From assembly GCF_021869535.1 (NCBI RefSeq), contig NW_026262712.1, forward strand, positions 44,020,001-44,084,000: DNA of 64,000 nucleotides. The letters run 5' to 3'. A program made the translations under genes and the position numbers. The notes below the pieces were generated by a model. The model did not search any database and was not told the origin of the DNA. It saw nothing but the letters and a program-made list of their open reading frames with translations. The stretch comes from Mytilus californianus (taxonomy: Eukaryota). Of this stretch, positions 46,537-58,690 are shown in pieces. Each line of letters begins with the position of its first letter. The first letter of the stretch is position 1.

Positions 46537-49500
46537 ACTCTTATACTATAATTGGAATTTTCTAAAGTGTCAAAAGTAATCATATTGTGCTTTTGTCAGG
46601 AAAATAAATGAAATCATCAATAATTCTGAGAGTATTTCTTGTGCAATACAGTATCCCCTACTGGCTGTTAAAAATAAATATTTTTTGCAATCTTTATATT
46701 TCAAGGGCAATAACTCTCACAAAGGACGATGTATGATAAGTGCAGTATTTGGCCCCTTTGTATGCAAAAAAATTTAAGAACAATATCTGGGGCAAAAATG
46801 ACCATAAAACCTTATTGAAGTTTTGTATTTTGTTGAAATAAACTTAGTTTTCAAGGTTATGCAGGATATCGATTATAATTGATACTATGAATACACCATA
46901 AACGGGTGTCTATACGGAAAATCGGACTTTCCGACTCTACTTTGGATGATTTAAATATGAGCGCAAGTGAGAACATGTAAGATATTTTACATATGGTATG
47001 TATGATATAGTTTTGACATTATATACAAATTTCATAGATGTTCTCAACTGCGCTCATAGCAAAATCTTTAAAAAATATCATGTATAGTCGTTGATTTTTG
47101 CGTGCGGTTTATCTTAGTCTGACAACTTCCGGTTTCAGTTGCCAGGGAAGCTGGATATCATCAGAGTCAACAAACTATGCTGCTGTAATAATGTATGAAT
47201 ATAGAATGGTAAATGTGATACTTATTCATGCAAAAACAGAGATATATCATAAATCTCATGTGGGATAGTGCACGGGTTCCTTAAATAGTTCCAAGAAAAA
47301 AACAAAAGAAATCATTAAATAAATTCACGAAAAAGAGCAGACGTCATATGTTAGCTCTCTATTTCAAAGCATAAATTATGATAAAGTGATAAATGTGAGA
47401 GTTGTTTGTCAAAAAACTGATATATATATATTACAAACATTACGTGAGATAATGTATATGTTCCATAAATACTTCCAAACCAAAGAAGTCTAAATTCACA
47501 AAAACACGGGGTCACCGCCGACGGCGCCGTTCATGCTCAGAGCAGACGTCATACTTGTAATTCTCTATTTGAAAGCAAAAATATATTGCCCTTTCAGATC
47601 AATTATTTTCCGAATATAGATGTGGTTTATGCAATTGGACATCCAGATGGTCAATAATTGGGTTTGAAAAAAAACAATTTGTATTTTTGTACGGAATGCT
47701 AAAAATGATTATCTCCCCTCGCGATTAGTATAAAAGTAATTTTTATAAAATTCTCCTTTCAAGTATTTGTTAAAAATATATTAACACAACCATAAAATCA
47801 TTTCATATAGTATTATTGAATATATATCAGAAGATAAAAAGAAGAAAATGCAAATTTAATAAAATTTTGCAACAACAAATAACAAATTATGTTAATATTG
47901 TAAACCTATTGACTTGGAAGAAGGTAAATGTATGACTTTATATACCCATTTAAAATTCTTAGTTCGCCCAATTTTGAGCATTGTATTGTTGGGAAAATAT
48001 TCCAGAAGAACAAATAATTGTCAAAACTGTGCTTGAATTCTTGAAATGACAATATCTCAATGTAACATACATAGAAAAATGCTAGGTTAACTGAATCTAA
48101 TAAATAAAATTGAAAAAAAAATCATCAAAGATCATTCAGGTTGACAAATTGTTCCCAGAATGTTGCAAATAAAAATACTTACCAATGTTTCTCAAATCAA
48201 AACGGTTGGGAGTTGGCCTCCCAATTAAAATTTTGAAGAGACTAAAAACCAAAAATTCGATATTTGGGTGAAAATGAATTAATTAAACGTGTGGTTTTTA
48301 GGTATGTAAAAAAGCAAGTTTCCTTTTATTTAGGTTCACTTCCTTTCATTGGTTTCCTTAACCCTGTTTGAAATATTCAAGATTATTTTAAGAAATAAAT
48401 CCCTTGCTGTTTTTGATTTTCATAAATATTTAACATATTTTGTAGAGCCTGTAGATTGTCTCCAAAAAGTTTTGAATGTGAATTTATATGCCTGATGTAC
48501 AACAAATACGCCATGAAATGAATTAAAGATGAATTGTAACCGTAAGTATTTGCTATTCCAAATTTTTGTTCAGTTTGATACTATATCAAAACTTGCAAAT
48601 ACAAATTAGTTTAACATGTGTGGTTCTCTGATATGAAAAAAAAAGTTTCTTTTATTTAGGTTCACTTTCTTTCATTGGTTTCCTTCATGTAGGAAATATG
48701 CAAATGTTAAAGTCATTTAAGATTATTTCAATAAATAAATCCCTTGCTGCACTTGATTTTCATCAATATTTTATTTAATTTATTTTGTAGATTGCCTCCT
48801 AAAAGGTTTGAATATGTATTAATATGCCATGTACAACAAATAAGCCATGGAATGAACTAAGAAATGAATTAAGGATGAATTGTAACAGTAAGTATTTGCT
48901 AATTTTTGATGAGTTTGAGACTATACTAAAACTTGCAAAAGTACATGTTACACATCATAGCAATCTAAAGCACCTATTATGTATACATTATGTGGACAGA
49001 GGCAGTGGGGTCATCATTTGATGGTGTTGAGTCTGGTGTTGAAGATTTCAAACAGGATATCTTAGTCAGACCTTTATTGAAGTGATAAGAAACTTTAACC
49101 TTTTTAATAATAAAAAAACCCAGCTAGTACAACAAAATGTATATAAAGCAAAAGTTAAAAAATATTTGTGTTTTCCATAGTTTTTAAAGATAGCTAATAT
49201 GGAATTGCAACCCCTCTTGAACCCACCCCCCCACTTTTAAAATATGGGAGTCCTGTAACCTAATACATGTACCCTGTCCAGGACTTTGCAGAAAATTGGT
49301 GCCAAGAGAAATCACCTCAAAATAAGAGCTGATCTGGCAGTAAAAAATGGGGGAAAAAGGGGGGGGGGGGTTGGCTCAGAACCCTCTACCCACCCCTGAG
49401 TGCCTATGCATTATTATTAAATATTAAACATGCTGCATTCATAATAAAAAAATTGAAAATATATATCCTGTAAATAAACGCAAATTGTTAGAAATTTTTT

Positions 49501-50030
49501 CTTATAGAAAGATCAAAACCGCTTATTTATATAAATTACATAGATAGTAAGTAACATCATGTACTTTCATATGTCAATTACAACATTTATTTATTTCTTA
49601 GTTCATTACTTTTGCACTCTTACATTTTCCCTCCCTGTTGTAAAATTTTTGTTTTTCAAAATTGTTTCATAATTTTTCTTGTGTTATTTGTAAAAAATAA
49701 TATTTTTTTTCCTTTTCAGATTTCTCCATAGATACACTGTACCATAAATGTGAATTTTGCTATAACATGTATGAAGAACACCTATGCCTGATGTTGAATA
49801 GTAGATAAACAAATGCGTACTTCACAGTAAGTATTTGTTAATTGTTTTTAACAAGAAAATTCAAAAGGAATTTTTCCGATAATAAATATGTCTAAAGCAG
49901 TAAAAAGAATGGTGTTTTATATTGACAGTTTTGTATAAAACAACAAATAAATGAAATTGGTTTCAAATGAATATATCCGTTTAGTTCTTGCTCGGATTAT
50001 TAAATAATTAAACACTATATTTCTCTTCTA

Positions 50031-51999
50031 ATTTTTATACGAGAACGCGGACGACAACGACGACAACGTGACACCAGTATACAACCGCCAAAATTTTTTT
50101 GCAGTCGTATATTGGTGTCATGTTGTCGTCGTCGTCCGCGTCGTTCAAAGACACTTTGTTTCCGGACAATAACTTTAGTTGAAGTGAATGGATCTCTATG
50201 AAATTTAAATACAAGGTTTGAACCACAAGAGGAAGGTTGGGATTGATTTTGGGGGTTATGGTCCCAACAGATTAGGAATTAAGGGTCTAAAAAGGGGTCC
50301 AAAAAAGCATTTTGTTAGTTTCCAGATAATAACTTGTGTGTAAATGTATGGATCTTACTGAAATTGTATCACAAGGTTCCATACCAAAAAAGGAATGTTG
50401 GGATTGATTTTGGGGGTTATTGCCCTAACTGTTTAGGAATAAGGGGGCCAAATAGGGGCCAAACACAATACTTTTCTAATACTTTGTATAAATTAATAAA
50501 TTCTTGACCAATTTTAATGGGGTTTTAATCTTGAATTCTTGGGGTTCTTTAATATGCTGAATCTAACCATATATTAAGTTTTTTTATTTTGGACCCCGTT
50601 TTTAAATTGGTCCACATTGAGGTCCAAAGGGTCCAAAATTAAACTTAGTTTGATTTAAACAAAAAAATGAATTCTTGGGGTTTTTTGATATACCGAATAT
50701 AACCATGTATTTAGATTTTTTATTTTTTGGTCCCATTTTCAAATTGGTCTACATTGAGGTCCAAAGGGTAAAAAATTAAACTCAGTTTGATTTTAACAAA
50801 AAAAATGAATTCTTGGGGTTTTTCGATATGCTGAATCTAAACATGTATTTAGATTTTTGATTATGGGCCCAGTTTTTAAGATGGTCCAATTCGGGGTCCA
50901 AAATTAAACTTTGTTTTTTTCGATAAAAATTGAATATATGGGGTACTTTGATATGCTGAATCTAAACGTGTATTAAGTTTTATGATTTTTGGGCCCCGTT
51001 TTAAATTAGTCCACATTGAGGTCCAAAGGGTAAAAAATTAAACTTTTTTTTTGATTTCATCAAAAATTGAATTATTGGGGTTCTTTGATATGCCGCATCT
51101 AATCGTGTTTTTAGATTTTTAATTTTTGTTCCTCTTTTCAAATTGGACTACATTAAGGTCCAAAAGGTCCAATATAAAACTTAGTTTGATTTTAACAAAA
51201 ATTGAATTCTTGAGTTTTCTGATATGCTGAATCTAAACATGTATTTCGATTTTTGATTATTGGCCCAGTTTTCAAGTTGGTCTAAATCAGGGTCCAAAAT
51301 CAAACTTTGTTTGATTTCAACAAAAAATGCATATATGGAGATCTTTGATGTGCTGCATCTAACGATGTATTACGTTTTTTGATTTTGGGACCTGTTTTTA
51401 AATTGGTCCACATTGAGGTCCAAAGGGTCCAAAATTAAACTTTGTTTGATTTAATAAAAAATTGAATTCTTTGGGTTCTTTGAAATGCCGAATCTAATCA
51501 TGTATTTAGAGTTTTTATTTTTTGTTTCCGTTTTCAAATTGGTCTACATGAAGGTCCAAAGGGTCAAAAATTAAACTAAGTTTGATTTTAGCAAAAAAAC
51601 TGAATTCTTTGGGTTTTTTGATATGCTGAATCTAAACATGTATTTAGATTTTTGATTATGGGCCCAGTTTTTAAGATATTCCAATTCGAAGTCCAAAATT
51701 AAAATTTGTTTAATTTCGACAAAAAATGAATATATGGGGTACTTTGATATGCTGAATCTAAACGTGTATTAAGTTTTTGGATTTTTGGGCCCCGTTTTAA
51801 ATTAGTCCACACTGAGGTCCAAAGGGTCCAAAATTAAACTTTGTTTGATTTTAGCAAAAAACTGAATTCTCTGGGTTTTTTGATATGCTGAATCTAACCA
51901 TGTATTTAGATTTGGGATATTGGACCATAGTAGGTAAATCTCCAATTTAAAATTTTCAAGTTCTTAGACCACATTCATTCTGTGTCAGAAACCTATGCT
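50031..51999 (+). mobile_element. Non-autonomous Helentron-type element with a large internal tandem array; 3' end deleted
   Basis: ttttatacga start in a T run, gtcgtcgtc microsatellite, array 50533-51930, ends abruptly at cagaaacctatgct. Confidence 0.75.
50533..51930 (+). repeat. Satellite-like array of 125-138 bp monomers with a trimeric higher-order period of about 398 bp
   Basis: Monomer starts at 50533, 50670, 50807, 50932, 51069, 51204, 51329, 51464, 51602, 51728, 51864. Confidence 0.9.
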
Positions 52000-54769
52000 C
52001 CTGTCGATCTTAGGGCCTTACTTTGCAGACGGTCACAATAACGATGCATCAATAACAAAACATGCCATAACAAACAACTTGGAGAACATAACAGCATGGT
52101 TGCAGGATGATGATATTTGCATTGTAGATAGGGGTTTCAGGGATGCAGATCAGTACTTGGAGGATCAGGGATATATGGTTAAGATGCCTGTTTGTTTGGT
52201 AAAAGGGAAAAAGCAGTTAACAACGAACGAAGCTAATCTGACTCGCTTAGTAACTAAATGTCGCTGGGTTGTAGAGAGCACAAATGCCAGATTGAAACAG
52301 TTTCATTTTTTGGAAAAGGTGGTTCCAAATACCATGATTTCCAGTATTGGTGATTTAGTAAAGATTACTGGTGGTATACTAAATAAGTACAAACGACCTC
52401 TTGTCTGCAACCCTGAAAATGAAGAAGTAGCTAAGAAGATGCTGACCGCGCTCTGTCCTAGAAAACAGTCTGCAAACTTTTGTAGAACAGAACAACTTGA
52501 TAAGACGGATAACTGTTTACTTACCAATTAATGCTTCTGGCACAGTACTTGAAAATTTTCAAAAGCTGACAGAGGAAATATTAAGGGATATCACTTTAGG
52601 TATCTACCAACTTAAACAGGCACCATGATACACAAGGGAACATCTCTCTGAATCTGGAAATTATGAACTTTTACTTTGCAAAGAATCTGAAACTCTTCTG
52701 CAAGTCAAAATTCAATCAAGACATTCCAAATCTACCATCCATACATAATGGATTGACTACAATGCTGGGTCAAGTGCGGAAAAGCCTGTAAATGGATGGT
52801 ACCCCAAGTTAAAGTGGACAGCAGTTCTTTAGCAGTTTATTAGCATTCACAGTTCTTACTTGACAGCTGTTCTTTAGCAGTTCATTAGCATTCACAGTTG
52901 CCAAATTCAAGGCAATAGTTAATTTGCATATAGGCATTCCAATAGCATTCCATAGCAGTTTCTTAGCAGTTTATTTAGCCTTCACAGTTATTTAGCAGTT
53001 ATTTTTTACGAAAAATTTAAATGAGATACTCAAAAACTGCTATCTTCTCTGAATATTCATGAGAACTGCTATAATAACAGCTATCAATAATGAATATTCA
53101 TAGAAACTGCTAAGTTGTACATCCTAATATGGTTTTCTAAACTGCTAATAACTGCTATGGAATGCTATCAGATCTGTCAAAAGTTGGAATACAAAGGTAC
53201 ATGAATAAACTGTGTACAAGATATGAATGCAAAAATAAAATTCTAATTTTACTGTAAGTCTTGTTGAAATTTCAAAAATACATGTTATATTTGTAATTTG
53301 AGCAGTAACTGCAATCAAATCACTCTATTTCAATCCAATAAACGACTTGTTAAGGGGTTGTAAACATGTTTTTTTGAGTACTGGTACTTTACCTGGCCTT
53401 AGAATAGATCCCTCATTAATTATGGAAGTGGCTGAATAATAAGAACAGTTAAGAATGCACTTTAAATATCAGTGCTTTTAAAAAGCAACTTATTCAATAA
53501 GAGTGGTTACTAGATTATAATAACTATTAATTACCTTGACTTTGTGTTTTTTAGATTAAAAGTTCAATTTCTTTTTTATTATTATTTAATTACCAAATGT
53601 ACTACTAATTTCTCTCTATATACAATATACAAATGATATATATTTTTTTATGTGGACCAAAAGACAACAGTTTTCTCCTCTTTCTCTTTTGGATTTAAAT
53701 AAAAGAAATCTTAATACACGTAATATATTAATATAATGTTTCCACTTTCTGAATCAAACCTAAGTAACATATATTAACTTCATTAAATGGATTGTTTGAT
53801 CAATATTAACCAATCAGCTATTTGCGGCCTAGGTTTCCATAGTATTCCCTCCCCCTTTTTTCAACTCTTGAATATGATTCATTTTTCGTTTTTTTACAAA
53901 ATTTTATAAAAATATTCATATTTTTATTTTCATAAATAACATCTTGCACTGTAAGTATATGCTAGTATTTTATTACAATCCTGTAAACATCAGATATTTT
54001 ATTTGAATAAACAACTATCCCCCTTTTTTGGGGCTTTCTGTATCATGTTTCTGTTTTCCCCTACAAAGTTATGTCAGAAAATTTACATGCATTAACTGTA
54101 ACTTCAACTTACTGTACTGCAGGTGTTTGAAATTATTCCATTTAGCCTAAACTAAACCTTATAATTTAGTTTTTCATTAGCAAGCATTTACACACAGCTT
54201 GGAGCCAAAATACACATTTGAAAATGATCAAATAATCTTCAAATAAAGGTTTACTTTCAAGCTGAAAATACAGCCAGATCCAAGCATTTTTATAACAGAG
54301 ATTATAACCAAAACTGCTATCAAACTGCTATTGAACTGCTGTCATAACTGTTGTCCAATTGACAAATTGACAGCAGTTTTAGAAGGTATTTAAACTGCTA
54401 AGATGAATGCTAAGATGAATGCTAAGATGAATGCTAAGAAATGGTGAAATAAGGCAGTTTTTCAAACTTCTATAAGATGGACTGCTAAGAACAGCTGAAA
54501 GACTGCTAAAAATATTAAGAACTGGTAAATAACAGCTAAAAAACAGCTAATGATAGCAGTTCAATTTGACTTGGGACTGCACGTGCAAAGTTGGGGCTAG
54601 GATTGTGGGCTGCTGTGCACATGTGGCAAGTGTGCTGTGGTATTTGGGACTAGAGAGGCACATGAAAAGTCTCAAGCCATCACGTTTATCGGGAAATACC
54701 TCCATTTCATATGCACATACCGGTACACTGTCAGAAAATCCCTCATCATCAGCTGGTATTGAAGAGTAG
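52000..54769 (+). mobile_element. 5'-truncated ISL2EU/Harbinger-superfamily (DDE_Tnp_4-like) transposase with C-terminal SWIM zinc finger, interrupted by a CACTA-type element
   Basis: GPYFADGHNNDA, IVDRGFRD, TRLVTKCRWVVESTNARLKQF; later DITLGIYQLKQA, VKIQSRHS; rejoined NGWY|CTCKVGARIVGCCAHVASVLWYLG. Frameshift near 52500 and stops after it. Confidence 0.85.
52803..54575. mobile_element. Non-autonomous CACTA/EnSpm (CMC)-type element, 1773 bp
   Basis: TIRs CCCAAGTTAAA / TTTGACTTGGG, 2-bp TSD AC (52801-52802, 54576-54577), many subterminal AACTGCT/AGCAGTT repeats at both ends in inverted orientation. Confidence 0.85.
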
Positions 54770-55559
54770 ACAATAGTTTCCTTATCAGTATAACCTAATT
54801 AACATTAATTAGTAAATAGATGAAATTAATTTGTATTCATATATTTAATTGCTTGAAGTTCATATTATCTGATAATTATCTGTTTCCATATATTTACAAT
54901 TAAGGACATCATAAAATCAAAGTATTTGCCTGTAAATTGTGAAATCTATATACAGCTAGTTACTTTTACAGGTGATGAACAATTTGAGCTTGAATAATTA
55001 AATAGTAAATGCTATTTCTTATAAAATCCATTTGTAACAGGAAATCTAAAAACTCGCTTGACATTTATATCATAAGAACTTTAGTATGGTTCAAAATATG
55101 GAACTCAATCACAAAAGACCTTTGATTTTTTTAATCTAATAACTGCATTAATGGCCTAGTCTATGTATCCATAAATCTTCCACAGACAAATTTTTTTCAC
55201 AATAATCTTAGGAATTTGCATTTTTCTAGTCGTTACATGAATACAAATAATTTAATTGTCTGAAATTGATTAAGGAGAATTATGACATTCAAAACAAAGT
55301 CTTTGTCACAAAAGATAATATTTGATTTTGCCTGTTGACCATAGTCATTTTCTGAAAATTAGCATATTGCATTTGATAATTTTGTCTGTGTATATTTGTA
55401 TGTGTGTGTGAATGTTGTTCACTTACTTTGGAGAGGGATTATTTTTTCATGCTTAAATATGATTAAGTTGATCTTGTTAATTTTTAAATTCCGCAATCAA
55501 ATAATATACAAATAATCGATTTAAAATACTCATGATACATGGATGAAATTCTATTTGTA

Positions 55560-55930
55560 GGAGAGAAAGAGCAAAAGAGAGACAGTAAGATAAAGAGCAA
55601 GAGAGAAAGAGAGAGAGAAAATGTGTGTGTGTGTGTGTGTGCAAGTTACTGCTACTTATGATGCACTTATTTTATTAAATACACCAGTCCTTGTTTCAAT
55701 TATAGTATACGGGAAACAGAGATATTTACAGAGAAAGAGAGAGAGAAGCAACATGTGTGTGTGTGTGTGTGTAAGTTCATATCCTAGTTACTTATAATGT
55801 ACTTATTTTATTAAATACAATGTATTTCAATGAAAGTATGGTACTTAATAGGGCGACAGACAGACAGACAGACAGAGATATATTTTCCTGTTACTTATAG
55901 TGTATTTATTTTATTGCATTTCAATGATAG
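55560..55930 (+). repeat. Three diverged units of about 125 bp carrying (GA)n, (GT)n and (GACA)n microsatellites
   Basis: Each microsatellite is followed by gttacttat..tg.a(c/t)ttattttatt. Confidence 0.6.
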
Positions 55931-56364
55931 TAAGGGAAATTAAAATGATATTTGTTTTTAAAGGTTTGGTTGTTTTCTTCAGTACCAAATGAAATCTGGT
56001 AAACAAAGTTCATAGGTCAACACAAAAACACCCTCTTCTAAAAAAACTGTGTAATGAAACAGAGGTAAAATAGTACATTTTTAAAATCAACAGAGTGTTG
56101 TCACCTGGATACACAGAAAATGTGACACTTTATTTACTTAATATATAGAATTTGTATAAACAAAAATGATTCTTTGAAGAATGGACTGAAAAAAACCCTA
56201 TTTACTAAAAAAAGGTTTGCAGCCTCTTATTGTAAGTTTGATTAAAAAAAAACAAAAAACACCCCCGAATTTTCCAAAAATACTGCAACCACGATTACCT
56301 AACCCATCTGAAAAAACATGACATACAAAGAAAGGCGATGCTGTAACTGCATATTTAGTCTTAG

Positions 56365-56915
56365 ATGCATGATTTTTTTTATTAGTGAGTGGCTTTTAAC
56401 TAGCTGTCAGTAACTGCGAGTACTCTTAGATCTGTACTTAATGTCTTTTTGTTATTTGGATGTACAAGTACCCGGCCACGTCCACTTGTATTTGTAGTAT
56501 TTGTATTTTTATCCATCTGATGAGTTAAGCCTCTTTCAACTGATTTTTATAGTTTGTTCTTATGTTGTATTGTTACACCACTGTCCCAGGTTAGGGGGAG
56601 GGTTGGGATCCCGCTAACATGTTTAACCCCGCCACATTCTGTATGTATGTGCCTGTCCCAAGCCTGTAATTCAGTGGTTGTCGTTTGTTTATGTGTTACA
56701 TATTTGTTTTTCGTTCATTTTTTGTACATAAATTAGGCCGTTAGTTTTCTCGTTTGAATTGTTTTACATTGTCATTTCGGGGCCTTTTATAGGTGACTGT
56801 GCGGTATGGGCTTTGCTTATTGTTGAAGGCCGTACGGTGACCTATAGCTGTTAATTTCTGTGTCATTTGGTCTCTTGTGGAGAGTTGTCTCATTGGCAAT
56901 CATACCACATCTTCT
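56365..56915 (+). repeat. Family B 3' remnant (well conserved)
   Basis: Near-identical to the reverse complement of 26270-26830. Confidence 0.9.
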
Positions 56916-56929
56916 TTTTTATATATACA

Positions 56930-58113
56930 ATACATCTTCCTTTGCAACCATGCACTTAATTTAAAACCTGTAGTGACTGTTAAAAAAATACTATACTAGT
57001 ATGCTGATGAAATCCTAAGATACATACATTGTTATGCAGCTACATTTAGAAAGTTACTGCAGCTTATATATATGAAAAAATCATGGACATGTCGAAATGT
57101 ATTTTCTTCAAAAATGTAACAATACAAAAAATGATTGCTATGCAAAATTGAAATTGCTAGGTAGTTTTAGGTGACAGTACCAATCTGAAACTGATGCATA
57201 GGCAAATATAGCTTGCATGAAGAAATAGTTTGTTGTTGTCATGCCATGAAAATTGTATATGCAAATACATATTTAATTGCTTGAAATAGTATGGTTGCTA
57301 TGTAAAATTTATGTTGCTAGGTAGTTTCTGAGCAAAATACCAATCTGAAACTGATGCATGGAACAAACTAGCTTGTTTGTATTAATAATGTGTTGTTGTC
57401 AAACACCCAATGTTACTTATATATGCAATTACATACACTAAATGCCTTAAATAGTATGGTTGCTATGGAAAATACACGTTGCTAGGTAGTTTTTATGGAA
57501 AATACCAATTTAAAACTAATGCATTAGAAAATCTAGCCAGTAGATATGAATTATTTATTTGTGGTTTGTGATTTTGGTGGTATGTGCAAATACATACTTT
57601 AAATGCCTAAAATAGTATGGTTGCTATGCAAAATCCACGTTGCTAGGTAGTTTCTCAGCAAAATTCAAGTCTTAAACTGATGCATGGAACAAACTAGCTT
57701 GTTTGTATTAATACTATATTGTTGCCATACACTGAATGTTACTTGTTTGTGCAAATACATACATGAAATGCCTGCAATAGTATGGTTGCTAAGCAAAATA
57801 TCTGTGTTATGTAGTTGCTATAGGCATAAGACATTTATTTTTTTTGTTTAAGGAAACAAAAAAACTTATACAGATAACCAATATAATATGATGTAACATA
57901 ATAAACCATCAAAAATCATTGAAAAGATATTTTTTTAACGAAAAGCACACACTGCAAGTTTGATTTTAGAAATCGGTTGCTAGGCAACCAATAAGTCACA
58001 GGAACGAATAAAAATTGTTATTTTTTGTAGTACCTGTCCAAGGGCTATTGATGGTATGAATATGAACTGGTTCCGAGAGGGGGCCAAAAATGACCCTTAT
58101 CATATATTGTCCT
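56930..58113. mobile_element. Kolobok-like element remnant with internal 160-165 bp tandem array; only one terminus seen
   Basis: atagtatggttgcta recurs at 57286, 57451, 57612, 57777; end catatattgtcct|TTAA at 58113. Confidence 0.55.
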
Positions 58114-58380
58114 TTAACATTATCAGCATGCCACTCAAATTTAATCTGTTGCTCTTAATCATATAATCACATACAGTGCACCCAAAAAAAACATTTGAAT
58201 AAAGCATTTAAAAAAATTGGAAAATTGTAGTGTTAATCAATGCAACCTTGTTGGCAGAGATGTTATTTTTTAAAGTTTGTCTAGTACAAAGCTAAACATG
58301 GATACAATGTAAAAATGTGTTTTAAGTAGCTTTCATTTCACTATTGATGGTTAAAAAATATAGATATATTTGTTTAAAAG

Positions 58381-58652
58381 CTGCCATGCGTAAACAAGAT
58401 GCTGCCTCTGAGGCCGAAGAGCGGTATTTCCTACAAGAAGAAAGTAAGCTCCAAAAAATAGAGATGTACAGAGCCAAAAAGTTGAAGATCATGGAGCAGA
58501 TGCTGGAGATACAACGGAGGTCTACTGTGGCCCAAGAAGCCATTAGAGCTTCACAGCGGACAGAACACCAGTTTGGAATAGATCTCCATTGTTTCTCACC
58601 AGTTATTAAATTCTCTGAAAGTTATTTTTTTTTTGTTATTTTGAAAAATTAA
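58381..58652 (+). mobile_element. Terminal exon of a probable Harbinger Myb/SANT-type partner gene (coiled-coil C-terminus)
   Basis: Acceptor tttaaaag at 58380; AMRKQDAASEAEERYFLQEESKLQKIEMYRAKKLKIMEQMLEIQRR; convergent with the transposase, stops 39 bp apart. The Myb domain itself is not seen. Confidence 0.5.
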
Positions 58653-58690
58653 TCACTACATAAGCAGTGTTTTCCCAAATTTGATTTGAG

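Noticed and set aside
47105-47175. Minus-strand CTGATGA...GAAAC...GTC arrangement resembling a hammerhead
   Set aside because: Stem II does not close next to the core and stem I has only 2 contiguous pairs; the CCGGAAGT it contains is better read as an ETS-like promoter motif
50533-51930. Regularly spaced repeats suggesting a CRISPR array
   Set aside because: Whole monomers are repeated with no unique spacers, the context is eukaryotic and there are no cas genes
56510-56560. CTGATGAG box in family B repeats (also about 26660 on the minus strand)
   Set aside because: No GAAA box or flanking stems follow; not a ribozyme
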